Below are positions 1-12,422 of a stretch of DNA of 64,000 bases, one piece after another. The DNA is from Massalongia carnosa (lineage: Eukaryota): assembly GCA_965645245.1 (NCBI GenBank), contig OZ287083.1, forward strand, positions 744,001 through 808,000. The letters are read 5' to 3'. The position numbers and the translations under genes were made by a program. The notes under the pieces were generated by a model. That model was given only the letters and a program-made list of their open reading frames with translations, made no database searches and was not told the origin of the DNA. The stretch's first letter is position 1. Every line of letters begins with the position of its first letter.

Positions 1-134
1 CTCTCTCGCCTTGCTCTCTCTCTTTGTTTTCCCCCTTTCTCTTGCCATAGTCCTTCGTTGTGCCTATATGCCTTCATCTTTGTAACGAAAAGAAATCATC
101 TACCCCCATAATATCCGTCCGAGAACTGTCCAAA

Positions 135-1670
135 ATGACGACTTCTCTTGCAAATATAAGCCCAGAACAAATCAATAGCCTTTCCAACTATCCTGCGCTG
201 CAACCACCCCCAGGAGTTGTGCCAAATTTCGTGAACCCGGAAAACCAGAATCGGCCTCTTCTTGTTACGGCTTCACTTGAGCTTGGACTTATGATAGTGT
301 TTGTTCTAAATCGGTTCTATTCTAAGTCTTTCCTTGTTCGTAAATACTCTTGGGATGACTGTCAGTCAAGCCTTGCTCTCTCTGAGCTCGAATCTGTAGC
401 TAATACAAGCAATAGTGACAGTGCTGCTTGCTGTTGTAAGTACTAGTACGTCGTAAAGGTTGCGATATGAGGAGGGAGCGTTAACGGGAGTGTTTGCCAG
501 ATCGGCTCCGTTGCCTATTACGTCGCCTGTGTTTGGGGTAAGCCATGCCGTTATCTACGATCAAGATGAGTTATCTGACTGTGGTTTTCGTTTCTTAGGG
601 GCTCAAAAGGGTAGATTAGGAGTACATCAATGGGACATTAACATTCCTGAAATTTCAAGCCTAGATTTGCTCGTCGTAAGTTATACTTCTGGGGGATACA
701 AACAATGTCTTACACCCAAAATCAAAAAGCCTAGCTACTTAATCGCCATCATTACACCACCTACTCTGTTATTTACAAAAATATCGTTTTTTTTTCTCTA
801 CCTTCAAGTCTTCAAACCAATGCGATGGTTGCGAATTTCCGCGTACATCGGCACTCTTGTTACCACTGCTTTTTATCTAGGCATGACAGTTGCGCAATTT
901 GTCTTTGCAACGCCCAGGCGGGGAGAAACGTGGACTTCGCACCAGACAACACGGAATGAACACTGGGCTCTTGCCATGTCCGTCCCACAATCTGCAGTCG
1001 GTCTCGCTATCGACCTTTACATCTTGGTTCTGCCGGTTATAGCCGTTAGCCAGCTGCAACTCCCAACCCGACGCAAAATCGGTGTTATTCTACTATTTAT
1101 GACTGGCATACTGTACGAACATCGTGCTCCTTCGCTCTAAGTCCGTCATGCTAATTTTGACAGGGCTTGCTTGAGTTCCACGCTCAGTATATACTACAGA
1201 TATATTCTGGATCATTCTGCAGACGTTACGTGGAATCTTATGCCTGTAAATACCGTTACGCAAGTCTTTCATTACTCTTTCAATCATGATGAGCTAACAA
1301 CTAACCATTCACAAGTCTTACTGAGATGTTTGTCGGTATTATTTGTACCTGTATGCCATCTGCCGCTTACACGTGTCGCCAAACGCTTCCTTCTTTCGAT
1401 ACCCTGAAAACTCTATTGTATTCTCGATCCAAGTCTTTTGGATCCAGTCTGAACCGAAACGACAATTCAATGTCAGACGCGGAAAAACCAATTCCGAGGA
1501 ACCCGCACGGGTCCTACATCAATCTTAGTAGCTCTAAAAACCCACAAGGTTCGGACTTAGCGCAGTATCAGACCGTACATACCGTCATAGGAGCTGGAAC
1601 TCAGGATAATGTGGAAAAGAACGGTATTTATATAGATCATCACTTGCAAATGAGTTGGGAGCAGGTTTAG
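135..1670 (+). CDS. PTH11-like / fungal rhodopsin-domain integral membrane protein, 7 exons (135-360, 416-435, 501-537, 599-675, 730-1112, 1164-1259, 1316-1670)
   Basis: N-terminal PALQPPPGVVPNFVNP, then WDD, G-G-HQWDI, TKISFFFLYLQVF, IDLYILVLP and EMFVGIICTCMP motifs. The pieces join in frame across five GT-AG introns and one GC-AG intron. Confidence 0.85.
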
Positions 1671-3129
1671 GTATCGTTGTTGGGAAACTTTGTCTTAGAA
1701 GATCGAGATTATCAAATGCTAGCCATGAGTAGAATACACTGTAACATCGCAGTGGAATCTAGAGCACGTTTTTTTCAGGCTTTGACCGCAACTTTAAACC
1801 AGCGATGAGCGAAGCAGGATTACGCAGAACGACCGCTGCAAATCGTCGTTTCTGTTTCCGTCGAAGTCTACCTAAATCTGGTTCCTTATAAAGCAGCGCA
1901 CCTTGATTCATAAAGCATCTATTTACTTCAGAAGCCATAATAAAATCTGATGATCAAGTCTCTAGGCAATTCATGAAATCCCACCGAAGTTACTATAATG
2001 GAATCGTCCTGGATGTAGGTAGCCATGACGTAGCTGTCTGCATCCTCTGACCTTCCATTAAAAACCGTGACACCCACATTTCGTACTCTGCAGGCGAGTA
2101 GGCTTCACATTGCACATCTTGCAAGGTCCCGGTTGGTCATCGCATTTCGCAACCAATAGGGTCATTTTAGATGCGAAAGGTAGCGTCAATTAAAGCAGTG
2201 AAATAAAATGAGTTGCAGAATGAAGTTTCAGATTGACTGTCACACAGACCGTAAGATGAGGTGGCAAATAATGCCCGGTGAGGTGATCAATGAGGTGCTG
2301 GATAGGGTGGCAAATGGCGCCGGCGAGGTGCGCACAATCGACGAGGAGCGAAACGGCCAGAAAGAACAGGTTCTGATGCATGGCGCGATGGCTTTAATTT
2401 AGGATCAAAAACGCCTTCCCTTCTTCTACCTACCCACAGCGATTAGAAGATTCTCTTCTCTCTCAAACGACTACGCTTCACCGCTCCCCTAAGGGTCGGC
2501 CTGGTATGTGGCTTATCTTTAGTGCTGATAATCTACGGCTTGCGGCAATGCAGGACACAACGGAAGGTATTCTAATACGGAGTACCGTAACAGGTAAGGT
2601 GAAATTAACGGTCGACTACAGCAAGGCAATCCTGTGGCGTAGGCTTTGGCAAGACCCACTCGGTCGCACTCTGTGCTCAAGTTAGTGCTTACTGTAGTTA
2701 GGGTTACAACGTGCCGCGAATAGACAACATAAGCCTGCTTTTAAGTTTAGGGCTAACGACAAGGTGCGGGTTGTGGAGCGTAGTTCTCGTCTAGATCAAT
2801 CGAGCTACTATGAATGGCCTTGTCCGACCGCTGCATGGGTGTTGGAGCGAACATTGTTCTCGTGGATACAATATTAAGCTTACTTTCTAATAAAAGTCTT
2901 ACGTTTAATGTAAGAAGAATTAAAAAAGCTGAAACTCCTACGCTTCGTGCGCCACTGTTAGCGAAGGAAAAATAGGAGCTGGAAAGTTAGGAAATATCGA
3001 GATGGCAGGCCAAGCCACTAACATTTCGGTTTTTCGATAGAGATCCCAACTCGTGGTTGGGATCGTTTTGATATTTTCCTCCAATTACCCTTGAATTTCC
3101 CTTGAGCAATATCAAGAGGAACCGTTCTA

Positions 3130-4925
3130 ATGGCAATGAATTCATCGACTAGATGGGACAAAGCAATTCTGCCCATTCAGTCTGTAGATATTCCAGACAC
3201 CAGAACTGCTCTCAAATATGTTCTCGTCACATCATCGCTCTTTCTGATCTTCTTCTGGAAAAAAGACCGAACGGTTAAGGCCCCATTCGTGGGTTATCGC
3301 GGTTTCTGGGAACCCACGTTTCTCTTACGTCTGCGCTTCACACTTGGAGCATGGCCTATCGTTATGGAGGGCTATCGAAAAGTGACTACATCTTCCACAA
3401 CAGGCTATCCGCTATCATGTCTAATGGGTCTACAGTTCAAAGATGGTATGTTCAAGATCCGCCGGAACGACTCGGACATTCTCGTAATCTCGAATAAATA
3501 TGTCGACGAACTTAAGGCATTGCCAGAGGCGAAGCTTAGTGCTATGGAAGCTCATATCAAGGCAAATTTTAAAGTTCATCCGTGCCGAGCAAAGGCTTAC
3601 CGCTGAGGGACTGTAGAATCTTCTAGGGACATACACTACGACAACAATTCTCCTCGAGAGTAACTTAGGGATGCGAGTTCTGCAGACGAAGCTTACGCCA
3701 AACCTGGCATCGTTGGTTGATATGATTAGGGATGAGCTTGACTTTGCCATGAGCATTGAGATACCCGAGACGGACAGTAAGGAACTCACCTGCAAATTAG
3801 CTTCAAGGCCGTGCCTCCGAATGCTAAAATAAATGCCAATAGCCTTTCAGCCTGTCGATATTCAGGATATCCTTCTCCGTATCGTGGCTAGAATATCAGC
3901 CCGAGTTTTCGTAGGCTTGCGACTATGTCGTACCGAAAAGTGGCTTACCACATCCATCGATTATACTGTCAGTATATTCATAACGCTCATAACGCTGAGA
4001 ATTGTTCCCGCCTTCTTACGTCCCATTCTCGTCTGGTTGCTGCCAAGCTCATACAGAATCCATCACCATTTGCGCCTTGCCCAAAACCTTATAGTTCCTC
4101 TGATTGATGAGCGTCGGGAGGCTGAGGCCCAAAATGATATCAATTACGAGAAGCCTTTTGATTTGCTTCAATGGATGATGGACTCTGCTAATCCAGACGA
4201 AGCGCCTGCGCCCAAAATCGCACATAGACTGCTACTCATGAGTTTTGCAGCCATCCATACAACGACAATGGCGGCTGCTTCAGCGCTATATGATCTGTGT
4301 GCACATCCAGAGTACTTTGCCCCTTTACGGGAGGAAGTGGAACAAGTTCTGGCTGAGGATGGCGGTTGGAACAAATCAACGGTAACGAAATTACGCAAGT
4401 TAGATAGTTTCTTGAAAGAGTCTCAGCGATTTAATCCACCAAGCCTCCGTAAGTCAAGCCAAAACCGGCACAAAATGCTTCGCTTACATCTTGGATGTTG
4501 CAGTTTCCTTCAACCGCATGGCCATGGATAATCTGATCCTCTCGGACGGGTTCAAGATTCCCAAAGGAACGCACTTCGCTGTTGCCTCGGCACCAATTCT
4601 GATGGATGAAAGCAATGTTGAGAACCCCCAGGATTTCGATCCCTTTCGGTCTTTCAGAAAACGTCAGGATCCGGAAGAGGCGGTCCGTCATCAATTCGCT
4701 ACCACAGACAGTAACCATCTCCATTTCGGCCATGGCAAGTTTGCGTGTCCGGGACGATTTTTTGCCGCCAACGAGATTAAAATTATCTTGGCGACAATGC
4801 TGCTAAGGTATGACTTTGAGTACGCAAATGGAGAGTGTAGGCCTGTGAATAAGACAGCCGACGAGAATATATATCCTGATCCAGCCGCAAGGCTACTGCT
4901 TAGGCGTAGGGGTTGTAGTATTTAA
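3130..4925 (+). CDS. Cytochrome P450 monooxygenase, ent-kaurene oxidase (CYP503)-like, 5 exons (3130-3381, 3436-3561, 3617-3776, 3843-4448, 4504-4925)
   Basis: N-terminal anchor, APFVGYRGFWEPTFLLRLRF, RISARVFVG, I-helix AAIHTT, K-helix ESQR, heme motif FGHGKFACPGRFFA. Exons splice in frame. Confidence 0.9.
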
Positions 4926-5377
4926 CAGAGCATACTCGGAAGAGACACAAGCATGTCTACGATCTGAATTGTTGATTCATATTGTTTTGGCGTTATTTGC
5001 TTTTGCCACTATACCGAGGTTAATTGTCTTATCCGATATGACTTCACCTTACAATTGCATGGAACATTCTATGGGAATCTATAATTCCGCTATTATCGCA
5101 CGACAAGGTCCCTGCGACGAACGCGATGGAAGTTTCTCGAAGACTCCATGACAGCCATATTCGGTGTATATATTTGGGCAAATAATCCTACCTCTTTCTT
5201 TCTTAGATGGTTCAGTTAATGCAGTTCAATTTAGTTATAGAGCTTCAAGCGCAGCATATCAACCTTTTCATTGATTCAGTGCAGCTTTCTCAGCCCCTTT
5301 TATTTTAACAGATTTTGAGCTCGAAGACGTTTTTCTGCACAAAGAAGTTGAATCTCTCGAAGCAATAAAGCATAGAT

Positions 5378-5815
5378 ATGGTCAGCAACACTGACTCTCC
5401 TGCGCCCGGGTCATTGACGATGAAGATGAGCGAGACTATTCGCGATCCCTCTGACCCCATACTCCTATTAGATAATTCGTACGAAAAGGCAGTCCGAAAG
5501 GGCGAAATTAAGATAACGAAGTTAAATGCTGATAGTTACATCGACTGAGCAGATTCGATGCAGCTCTGACTCGATGCGAAGGAGTTGTGGAGGTTGATCG
5601 ATGGATCGGAATCAATGCCCGATAAAAAGTCCAAACCGAAGAACTATAAAGAATGATGCCTCGATGAAAAGCAAGCCCGAATGTGAATACATGCGAACTG
5701 CGAAGATCTTCAGCATTTCACACGAAAAAGTGCACAACGGCCAAAATCGCATGAAAAACACTTCAGCAAGTGCATGAAAAGTTTAGTCAAGAAAAATTGA
5801 TTCATTTTATTGTAG
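5378..5815 (+). pseudogene. Degenerate copia-type gag N-terminal relic
   Basis: Reads KLNADSYID*ADSMQL*LDAKELWRLIDG ... TAKIA*KTLQQVHE, with stops at positions where Trp is expected. Confidence 0.5.
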
Positions 5816-5846
5816 TGCTCTAGCCGACCAGTTCGACAAAAAGATT

Positions 5847-6860
5847 GTGCTAGACGGGCATGAAAATATCATGAACTCGCTTAGTCCACCAGTAGCAGAC
5901 TCGACTACTGTTAGCCTATCGAAGTCCACGGAGAAGACTATCGTGGATCTGACCAATAAGTTCGATGCATTAGTCCTAGCCACCGGAGCACAAATGCGAC
6001 CGGTCAACCAGAATAGTCAGCAAAGTCAGCAGAGTCGGAACCGTTCCCAGTCATCCTATGATGGACAGAGACAACAGCATGACCATCAATATAGTAATGA
6101 CGAAAGCTGCAACTATTGCGGAGAGAAGGTACTGCATGACAGGCGAAGGGACTGTCCAGACTTCGACGCAGATCAAAGGAATGGTGTTATCCATCTGAAT
6201 GAGAAAGGCCTGCTCTGTCTGGGACCGATGGGTACATATTCCAACCCCATCCGGCATTTACCGGGTATGACACAAAAAGAGTCCATTAGACGTGCGAAGA
6301 TGTTGGCCAATCAATTTAGTCAAGCTGGACAAAATGCCGAAGTGCACACGGTTCGAATAGGCGAGGATAGTGCAGATGACTTTTCTTCTGACGAAGAATG
6401 GGATCCGGAGGCGACTAATATCGAACATACCACTTCTATCAACTTGGCTAGGACCGAAAACAATAAACCTGCTGAAGAGAACTGGAAAGAGCCGGCTAAA
6501 CGAATTTCTGAAACGCAGGGCTGAGCGCGAGGACCGTTTCGCAGTACCAAAAGCACTTAGATATGGCAATTGGAGTCCGCTTCCTACACCGGTAGAACGT
6601 CGGAATGATAGTATCGACCAATCAAAACCGATCGACGGAACTTTCGCGGCAGAACCTGAGCAACATAATAGTCAAGGGCCGACTATAAACCATGAGGGGG
6701 GACGAGGACGACCGACAGTCCATGATTCCACCTGGCTGGCCAATGGCAATAGTATTTCCTAGCAGACGTGCTGATGCGATGGAGACGGTGGAAAATTGAC
6801 ATATCCGACTACCTATATCGAACAATTTCCTTAGTAAAATGCATATTGACAGCGGAGGAA
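5847..6860 (+). pseudogene. Retrotransposon gag-like relic with atypical zinc knuckle
   Basis: CNYCGEKVLHDRRRDC followed by GVIHLNEKGLLCLG. Frameshift near 6510, no start context, no pol downstream. Confidence 0.4.
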
Positions 6861-8139
6861 GCACACGAACCTTCGGAATAGTTTCATTTCACATTTACCA
6901 AAACTCACCGAAAACTTCACCAATCTTAGTCGAAATTGCCATCTTCCGAATCCTCACCTCCATATTTTACTTTTTTCATTCTACCAGAACCCAGGAAATT
7001 GTCTAGCTTTTACTATCTTCCCATCAGCAAACACCACTGCTAAGCTCAACACCTTATCTCAGCCAAAGTCAGCAAGCTACTCGAGAACTCGAACCATTTT
7101 ATCTTACCTTACCTTACATCTTTTGACATGTCTTCTCAACTAGTCATTTTCCTAGGGAATGACCGCTTTCACCGCACGACAGATGCAATAGCTTTTCTTG
7201 AGACATTGACCCCAGCAGACCGATACAAGGGACAGAGGACCATAGCATCGCAGCTAATAGAGTTCCAAGCATAATGGACTATTATGACTATGTCATGCAG
7301 TATGATGCCTGGGCCTCGATGATGAAAGAAGAAGAGTTCAAAGCTCAATGGGACGATGTTATTGAGAAGGCGGATACGGCCCAACTGTCACGGGCAGTTG
7401 GAGAATGGAGGAATTGGGCACTCATGGCTATTACTATGTTTCAGCATGTGAAGAAAGCAGAGGAAGAGGGCTTTGGAGCTAGGTCATATTTCCGGTTGAA
7501 GCGAGAGTTGCATGGCAGGCCCATTCCTCACATACCTGATGGCATTGATACGGCTCCGGGACTCGAGCTGGATGAGGAGGAGTTGGAGTTTGCTGAAGCC
7601 GGAATGAAGCGAACGGTGGAGTAGGAACAGTGATAGGTGTCAGGGGTCGACACCTAAAGAGAGAGGGGAACTATATAAAGGGGTAGAGCCGGTGATGCTC
7701 AAAATTCAAATCGCTAGCGGTTCGGGAGTTGGTTCTTTTCGGCTGATACTCGGTAAAGGTAGCAGGGAAGTCAGGTGACAGTCTTTCTTTTAGTTATAGA
7801 TAGTTCTATTCCTTTTTAGACATAGAGCAAGCATGCTCGTAGCAACAGCTAGACAACACATACCATCAACACATAGTTCGAGGCACGAGGCACGAGGCAT
7901 GAGGCACGAGGCGCGAGTCATACAGTGACCAGTCTAGCTATTGTTTATATTCTATTGTCTTGTTCTTCTCTTGTTTGTTTGTTCTCTTGCACTCATAGCA
8001 GCAGTAGACCACGCACACAACCCAGTTCATCCTTTTACAGTGTGAATTTTGTTAATTTGTTTGCTACGATCAATATTGTAATTTGATTATAAAATCTCAA
8101 GTCATTGTATCTTATGCTTTGTCGCTGTTTTCCGTGAAT

Positions 8140-8387
8140 TGTAATATAAGGGGTCAAGTCCAAGAGCGTGACTACTATATGGATTCGTGATGAATGTACG
8201 AATAGAGATTGGTAAATTAATAAATTGATCAGTGAAGAAGTGGGCGATCAGATCTTTATCCTATAGCCCCACTTCTTCGGGTCACGAGTCCGTTGATTTA
8301 ATAACAGTGATTATAATTGGTCCGTGTCCTAGTCGGAGATCAGAGATCGGTTATAACTACCGATTCGCTTATGTCAGTGACCTGACA
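8140..8387 (-). repeat. Solo LTR related to the 5' LTR of the gypsy element at 59161
   Basis: TG...CA ends. The reverse complement starts TGTCAGG and shares GTGGGGCTATAGGATAAAGA and CACTGATCAAT with 59161-59459. No clean TSD. Confidence 0.7.
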
Positions 8388-8601
8388 TGTAAATCTTAAT
8401 ATGATTTGTATCTTTTAATTTTATTTTGCGTACATTGATTGACAATTGCGACGGTCTACCTAGCCTTATCGGATGCCGGCCTTACAATAGGCCGGCCCAC
8501 TGAATCCTAATGTGGTAAGGTGGTTAAGGAGGTATTTGCTATAGCAAACAATCTAGTCAATAAGGTCCTCGAGAGGACCCTCGAACTTCCTTCTTTCTAG
8601 A

Positions 8602-8752
8602 TACGCCGCGCAACGGGGCGGGTTTCTTTTATGAAAACTCAACCCGTTTGTGGCGAACCATATGATTTTTGGTGTCCGAGTTGAATTTTGAAAGAAAAAC
8701 CCGTGGCGAAAAAGCAATTTTGTGGCGAAAACCCAACCCGTTGCGCAGCGTA
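8602..8752. mobile_element. hAT-family MITE (151 bp), copy 1
   Basis: TIRs TACGCCGCGCAACGGG / CCCGTTGCGCAGCGTA. Exact 8-bp TSD TTTCTAGA at 8594-8601 and 8753-8760. Confidence 0.92.
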
Positions 8753-9018
8753 TTTCTAGATAGCATTAATATAATCATCTTTTAAAGCCTTCAGTCTGCT
8801 GCTAAGCCTCCTGTACTCAAAGGTATTGATATTGATTTGATTATTCTTACGCCGTTGTGTCACCGGCCGAAGGCCGGCCCATGCGGGAGATGCTATATAA
8901 GCTATGTAATAAGTAGAAAACCCAAAGGTGAAAAACTACTCCTGCGTATCCGCTTCATCGGGGTTCGCCGCTCCCGCGGATTGATTCCTGTATCTCGAAA
9001 ATTTGCGATACCTGTTTT

Positions 9019-12000
9019 TCAAACTGAAGAGAGACTGCCCGGCTGCTGTTCAAGCAGTTGCGTGGCAATGGAATACTGTGTTAAAATACCTGTGCGCATG
9101 AGCCACGCGGTTACTACTTTGAGAGCTTTGGGTTCGGTGATTAGCTTGCGGTAGTCTGACAAGCCTGCCGTTCGCAGCATGTGCGTTCTGTGTTCGTGCA
9201 GTCTGCAGAACATGATTACATGTTTGGCTGTTTGTAAGAGGCTTCCGCAGGGACATGCCGCCGAGTTCACACCTGGGACCTTGCGCCGATATAGAAAGTT
9301 GGCCAGTCCGATTTTTTCCGTTCTTATCTGTGTTGCTAGTGAGCTTTGCGCTTTGTCTAGTAACTTGTGTGCGTTAAGCCTTTTCCTGTGTATAGGCGCC
9401 TGTTTTGCGATCGTGGGATATAACGTGTGTTTTGCTTGATATGCTTTCCACTTGTTGATCCACTGATTCTCAAAGTGCTTCTTTATTATCCCGTCTCGTT
9501 GGTTCTGCGTCGTTACTTGCGCTGTGCGTTGTCTCTTCTGTGCCTCGTCGATCGTTCTCCAGGGAGGGGGAGAGGGTTGATCCAGTTTAACTGTTTTCGG
9601 TGCGTCTTTCGTCATCTTTGTTACCCATTCTCGTTTACGAGTTCCCGGTGTTTTCTCTGCGACTCGCGATTGACCTCTTTTACCTCTGAGTTTCACTTGA
9701 ATTCTATTGCACGCCTGCTTTATAATTTTTTCCTGTTCGCTGTTCGAGATTCTGGATCTCGTTTTTGCTTGTAGCGGTCTAGATGTTGCGTTAAGGGAGG
9801 GATGTGGGTTTCTGCCTGTAATACTTCAATTGGGGTAGCCTTGTACGCTCCGGCTATGACTCGTAAACACTTGTTTTGTATGACTTCGAATTTGCTTCTT
9901 GATTCGACTTTGGCTTTCTTTCTTGCTTCGGCTGGCATGTGCCATGCTATCGAGCCGTGCGACATGGCGGGGCGTATCACTGCTGTGTACACGTGGCGGG
10001 CTCGTAGGAGGGTCGCCCCCCAGGTTGAGGCTGCGATTTTGGTCAGTGCCATTGTTTGTCTCGTCATTTTCTTCTGAATTTCCTTGTAATGCGCTGCCCA
10101 ATCGAGTCTAGTGTCAATGTATACTCCCAGGACTCTTATCGAAGTCTTGGTCTTCAGGATCTTGCCTCTTACCGCGAAGGATGCGTCCAGGTTGAATTTC
10201 TTTGGATTCTTTGCCAGGTGTATCAGCTCGTATTTGTGTGGCGCGAATACGGAGCTGTGGCGAGCGGCCCATCGTTCGCAGTCGTTGTGTATTTTTTCCA
10301 GCGTTTTGCAATTCTCTTCGGTGGACTTTCCGTACGCCAGTATATTGACGTCGTCTACGAAACCCATGCCCGCTGCGTTGGTACCTGGTCTATTGCAAAT
10401 ATCGAGTAAGTCTGCATTATAAAAGAGATATAGAATGGGAGACAAAGGAGATCCTTGCGGAATTCCTATATTCAGCTGGAATGCGTTGGTTGTTCGTTGA
10501 TTGATCGTGAGAGTGGTTTCTCTTCCCTTGAGGAAGCTTTCTGTCCATTTCGTGATCCATTCCGGAATTTTTCTCTTTTTCAGATTATGAATGAGCCTAC
10601 GATGTGAAACCGTATCGAAGGCGCCTGAGACGTCGATACTAAGAAGCGATGCTACTTTGTCTTTCCCTTGACTCCAGACCGTGTGTACCTGCTCCGTGAG
10701 CAGTTCGAGCGCTGTGTCCATTGCGCGGCCTGGTCTTGCTCCCATTTGCGTGTCTGGAATTAATCCGAGTTTTTCCGTTATAGCTTATTTTCCTTGCTAT
10801 AATGGATTCTAGCATTTTTCCAAGCGTGTTTAGGAGCGCAATGGGTCTCCACGCCTTAGGATCCGCGTAATTACTCTTTCCTGGTTTCTTCAGCGTGATG
10901 GTGTTGGCGGTTTTGAACGCTCGAGAATGATAACCCTGCTCTGCGCAGGCCTGGAACAGTGGTGTCAGCAACTTGATCAGATTTTCCGAGCATGCCTTGA
11001 GAATTCTATTTGTGATCCCGTCCGGACCGGGTGCCTTGTCTGGTTTCGGCCTACGAAGCGCTGCCGCCACTTCTTCTTTTGTGATCAGGATGGGGCAGTC
11101 TGGGGTTTGCGGGTACGTGTATCCTACGATGTCGCTGAGATCTGCGTCCGGGGGTGGGGGGAAGAAAGATTTCTTAAGCATTTTCGCTTTCTCTTCGAAG
11201 GTATTGGCTATCGTATCAGGGTCCTGGATTGTGGCCAGGGGGGGCATTTTTGGGATTTCTCTGGGGGCGTCACTTTTGTTTTTACCCCACTTTGCTAGAC
11301 GGAAGAGTCCGGATTGGGAAGTTGTGATTGTGGCTATTTGCTGTTTGAAGCAGAGATTTTTTGCTTTACCGATAATTTTTTGTTTCTTATCGTTTGCTTT
11401 AACGTAGTTTTTCCAATCCGCTAGGTTTCTTTCCGCGGTCCAGATTCTTCGTAGCCTACGAGTCTCTCTTGTTGCGTCGTCGCATTCCTTATTCCAAAAG
11501 GGGTTCGCCTCCGGGCTTGGTCTGGCCCATGGTACTGCTTTATCTACGATTTCCTTGAGGTAATCCTGGATTTCCTTGGTATATTGATCGATTTCCTGGA
11601 TGCTGTGCGGCATGCGTGGTGCGGGGGTTCTTTTCTCGATTTCTTTTACCTTATCCATGTTTAGAAGTTTCCAGGCCCTTCGTGGGAGCTTTGTCAGGGG
11701 TTCGCAGGAGAGCCGCAGTCTCGTTGAAATCGGTATGTGATCGGAATCTTGATTCAGCTCCGGGACCGTGGTGCAGTGTTCCAATCTCTCCGTTAAATCT
11801 TCTGTCATGAACACCAGATCAATGGTGCTGGTCGAGTTTCTTGCTTCCCATGTAATTGTTCCTCTTGGAAGTGTGAGAGAGAGATTTTTGTTTCTATAAT
11901 GTCCAGCAGTTGTTCGGACGCCTCGTGCTGTCCTCGTACCCCTGCTCCACCCCAGTATGGGTGATGGAGATTGAAGTCTCCTAGAAGAATATGCTCTCCG

Positions 12001-12422
12001 GGGTCTTGTAATTGGTGTAATACGGTCGATAGGGTGGACGGGCTAGTTATCGAGGAAGTGGATAAGGGCGATGGATTGTATACGTTGTGTATGTGAATCA
12101 TTTTTGTTCCGTTTCTGCTTTTTACTTTTATTTTCAATGTGCTCATATCCTTTGACGGGTATTCCACTTCCCAGCTTTCTGGGTCTATTTTGTTATTGAT
12201 ATAAAAGCAAACTCGCGTGTCGCCCCCTGGTTTATAAAGAAGATGGAACCCACTTTGATAGGGGTTAAGAAGTAGGGACGTCGTAGGGTTTTTCCACGGT
12301 TCTTGAATAGCTATGATGTCGAAATCCTGTGTTCTTTTATCTGACAGCAAGGGTATCAGTGTGCCTTTTGCACTTTTCCTGACATTGTACTGCAGTATCG
12401 TAAGGGTTTCTGTGTTCTTCAT
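9019..12422 (-). pseudogene. LINE-A ORF2: AP endonuclease, reverse transcriptase, C-terminal zinc motif; frameshifted
   Basis: ILQYNV, IAIQEPW, LLGDFNLHH, SDHIPI, KAPGPDG, GIPQGSPLSP, FVDD and CPCG..QTAKHVIMFC spread over four ORF fragments. Confidence 0.92.

Noticed and set aside
2190..2402. Short ORFs on both strands, one with a signal-peptide-like start
   Set aside because: Only 63-64 aa, no recognisable motif, and I could not build a convincing spliced continuation.
7880..7916. (GAGGCAC)n short tandem repeat
   Set aside because: About five copies of a 7-mer in relic repeat DNA, with no further structure.
8845..9000. Hammerhead ribozyme in the LINE 3' structure
   Set aside because: No CUGANGA/GAAA core in the right arrangement on either strand.
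9050..11810. Numerous antisense and alternate-frame ORFs over LINE and gypsy coding regions
   Set aside because: Shadow ORFs of transposon genes with no independent motifs.
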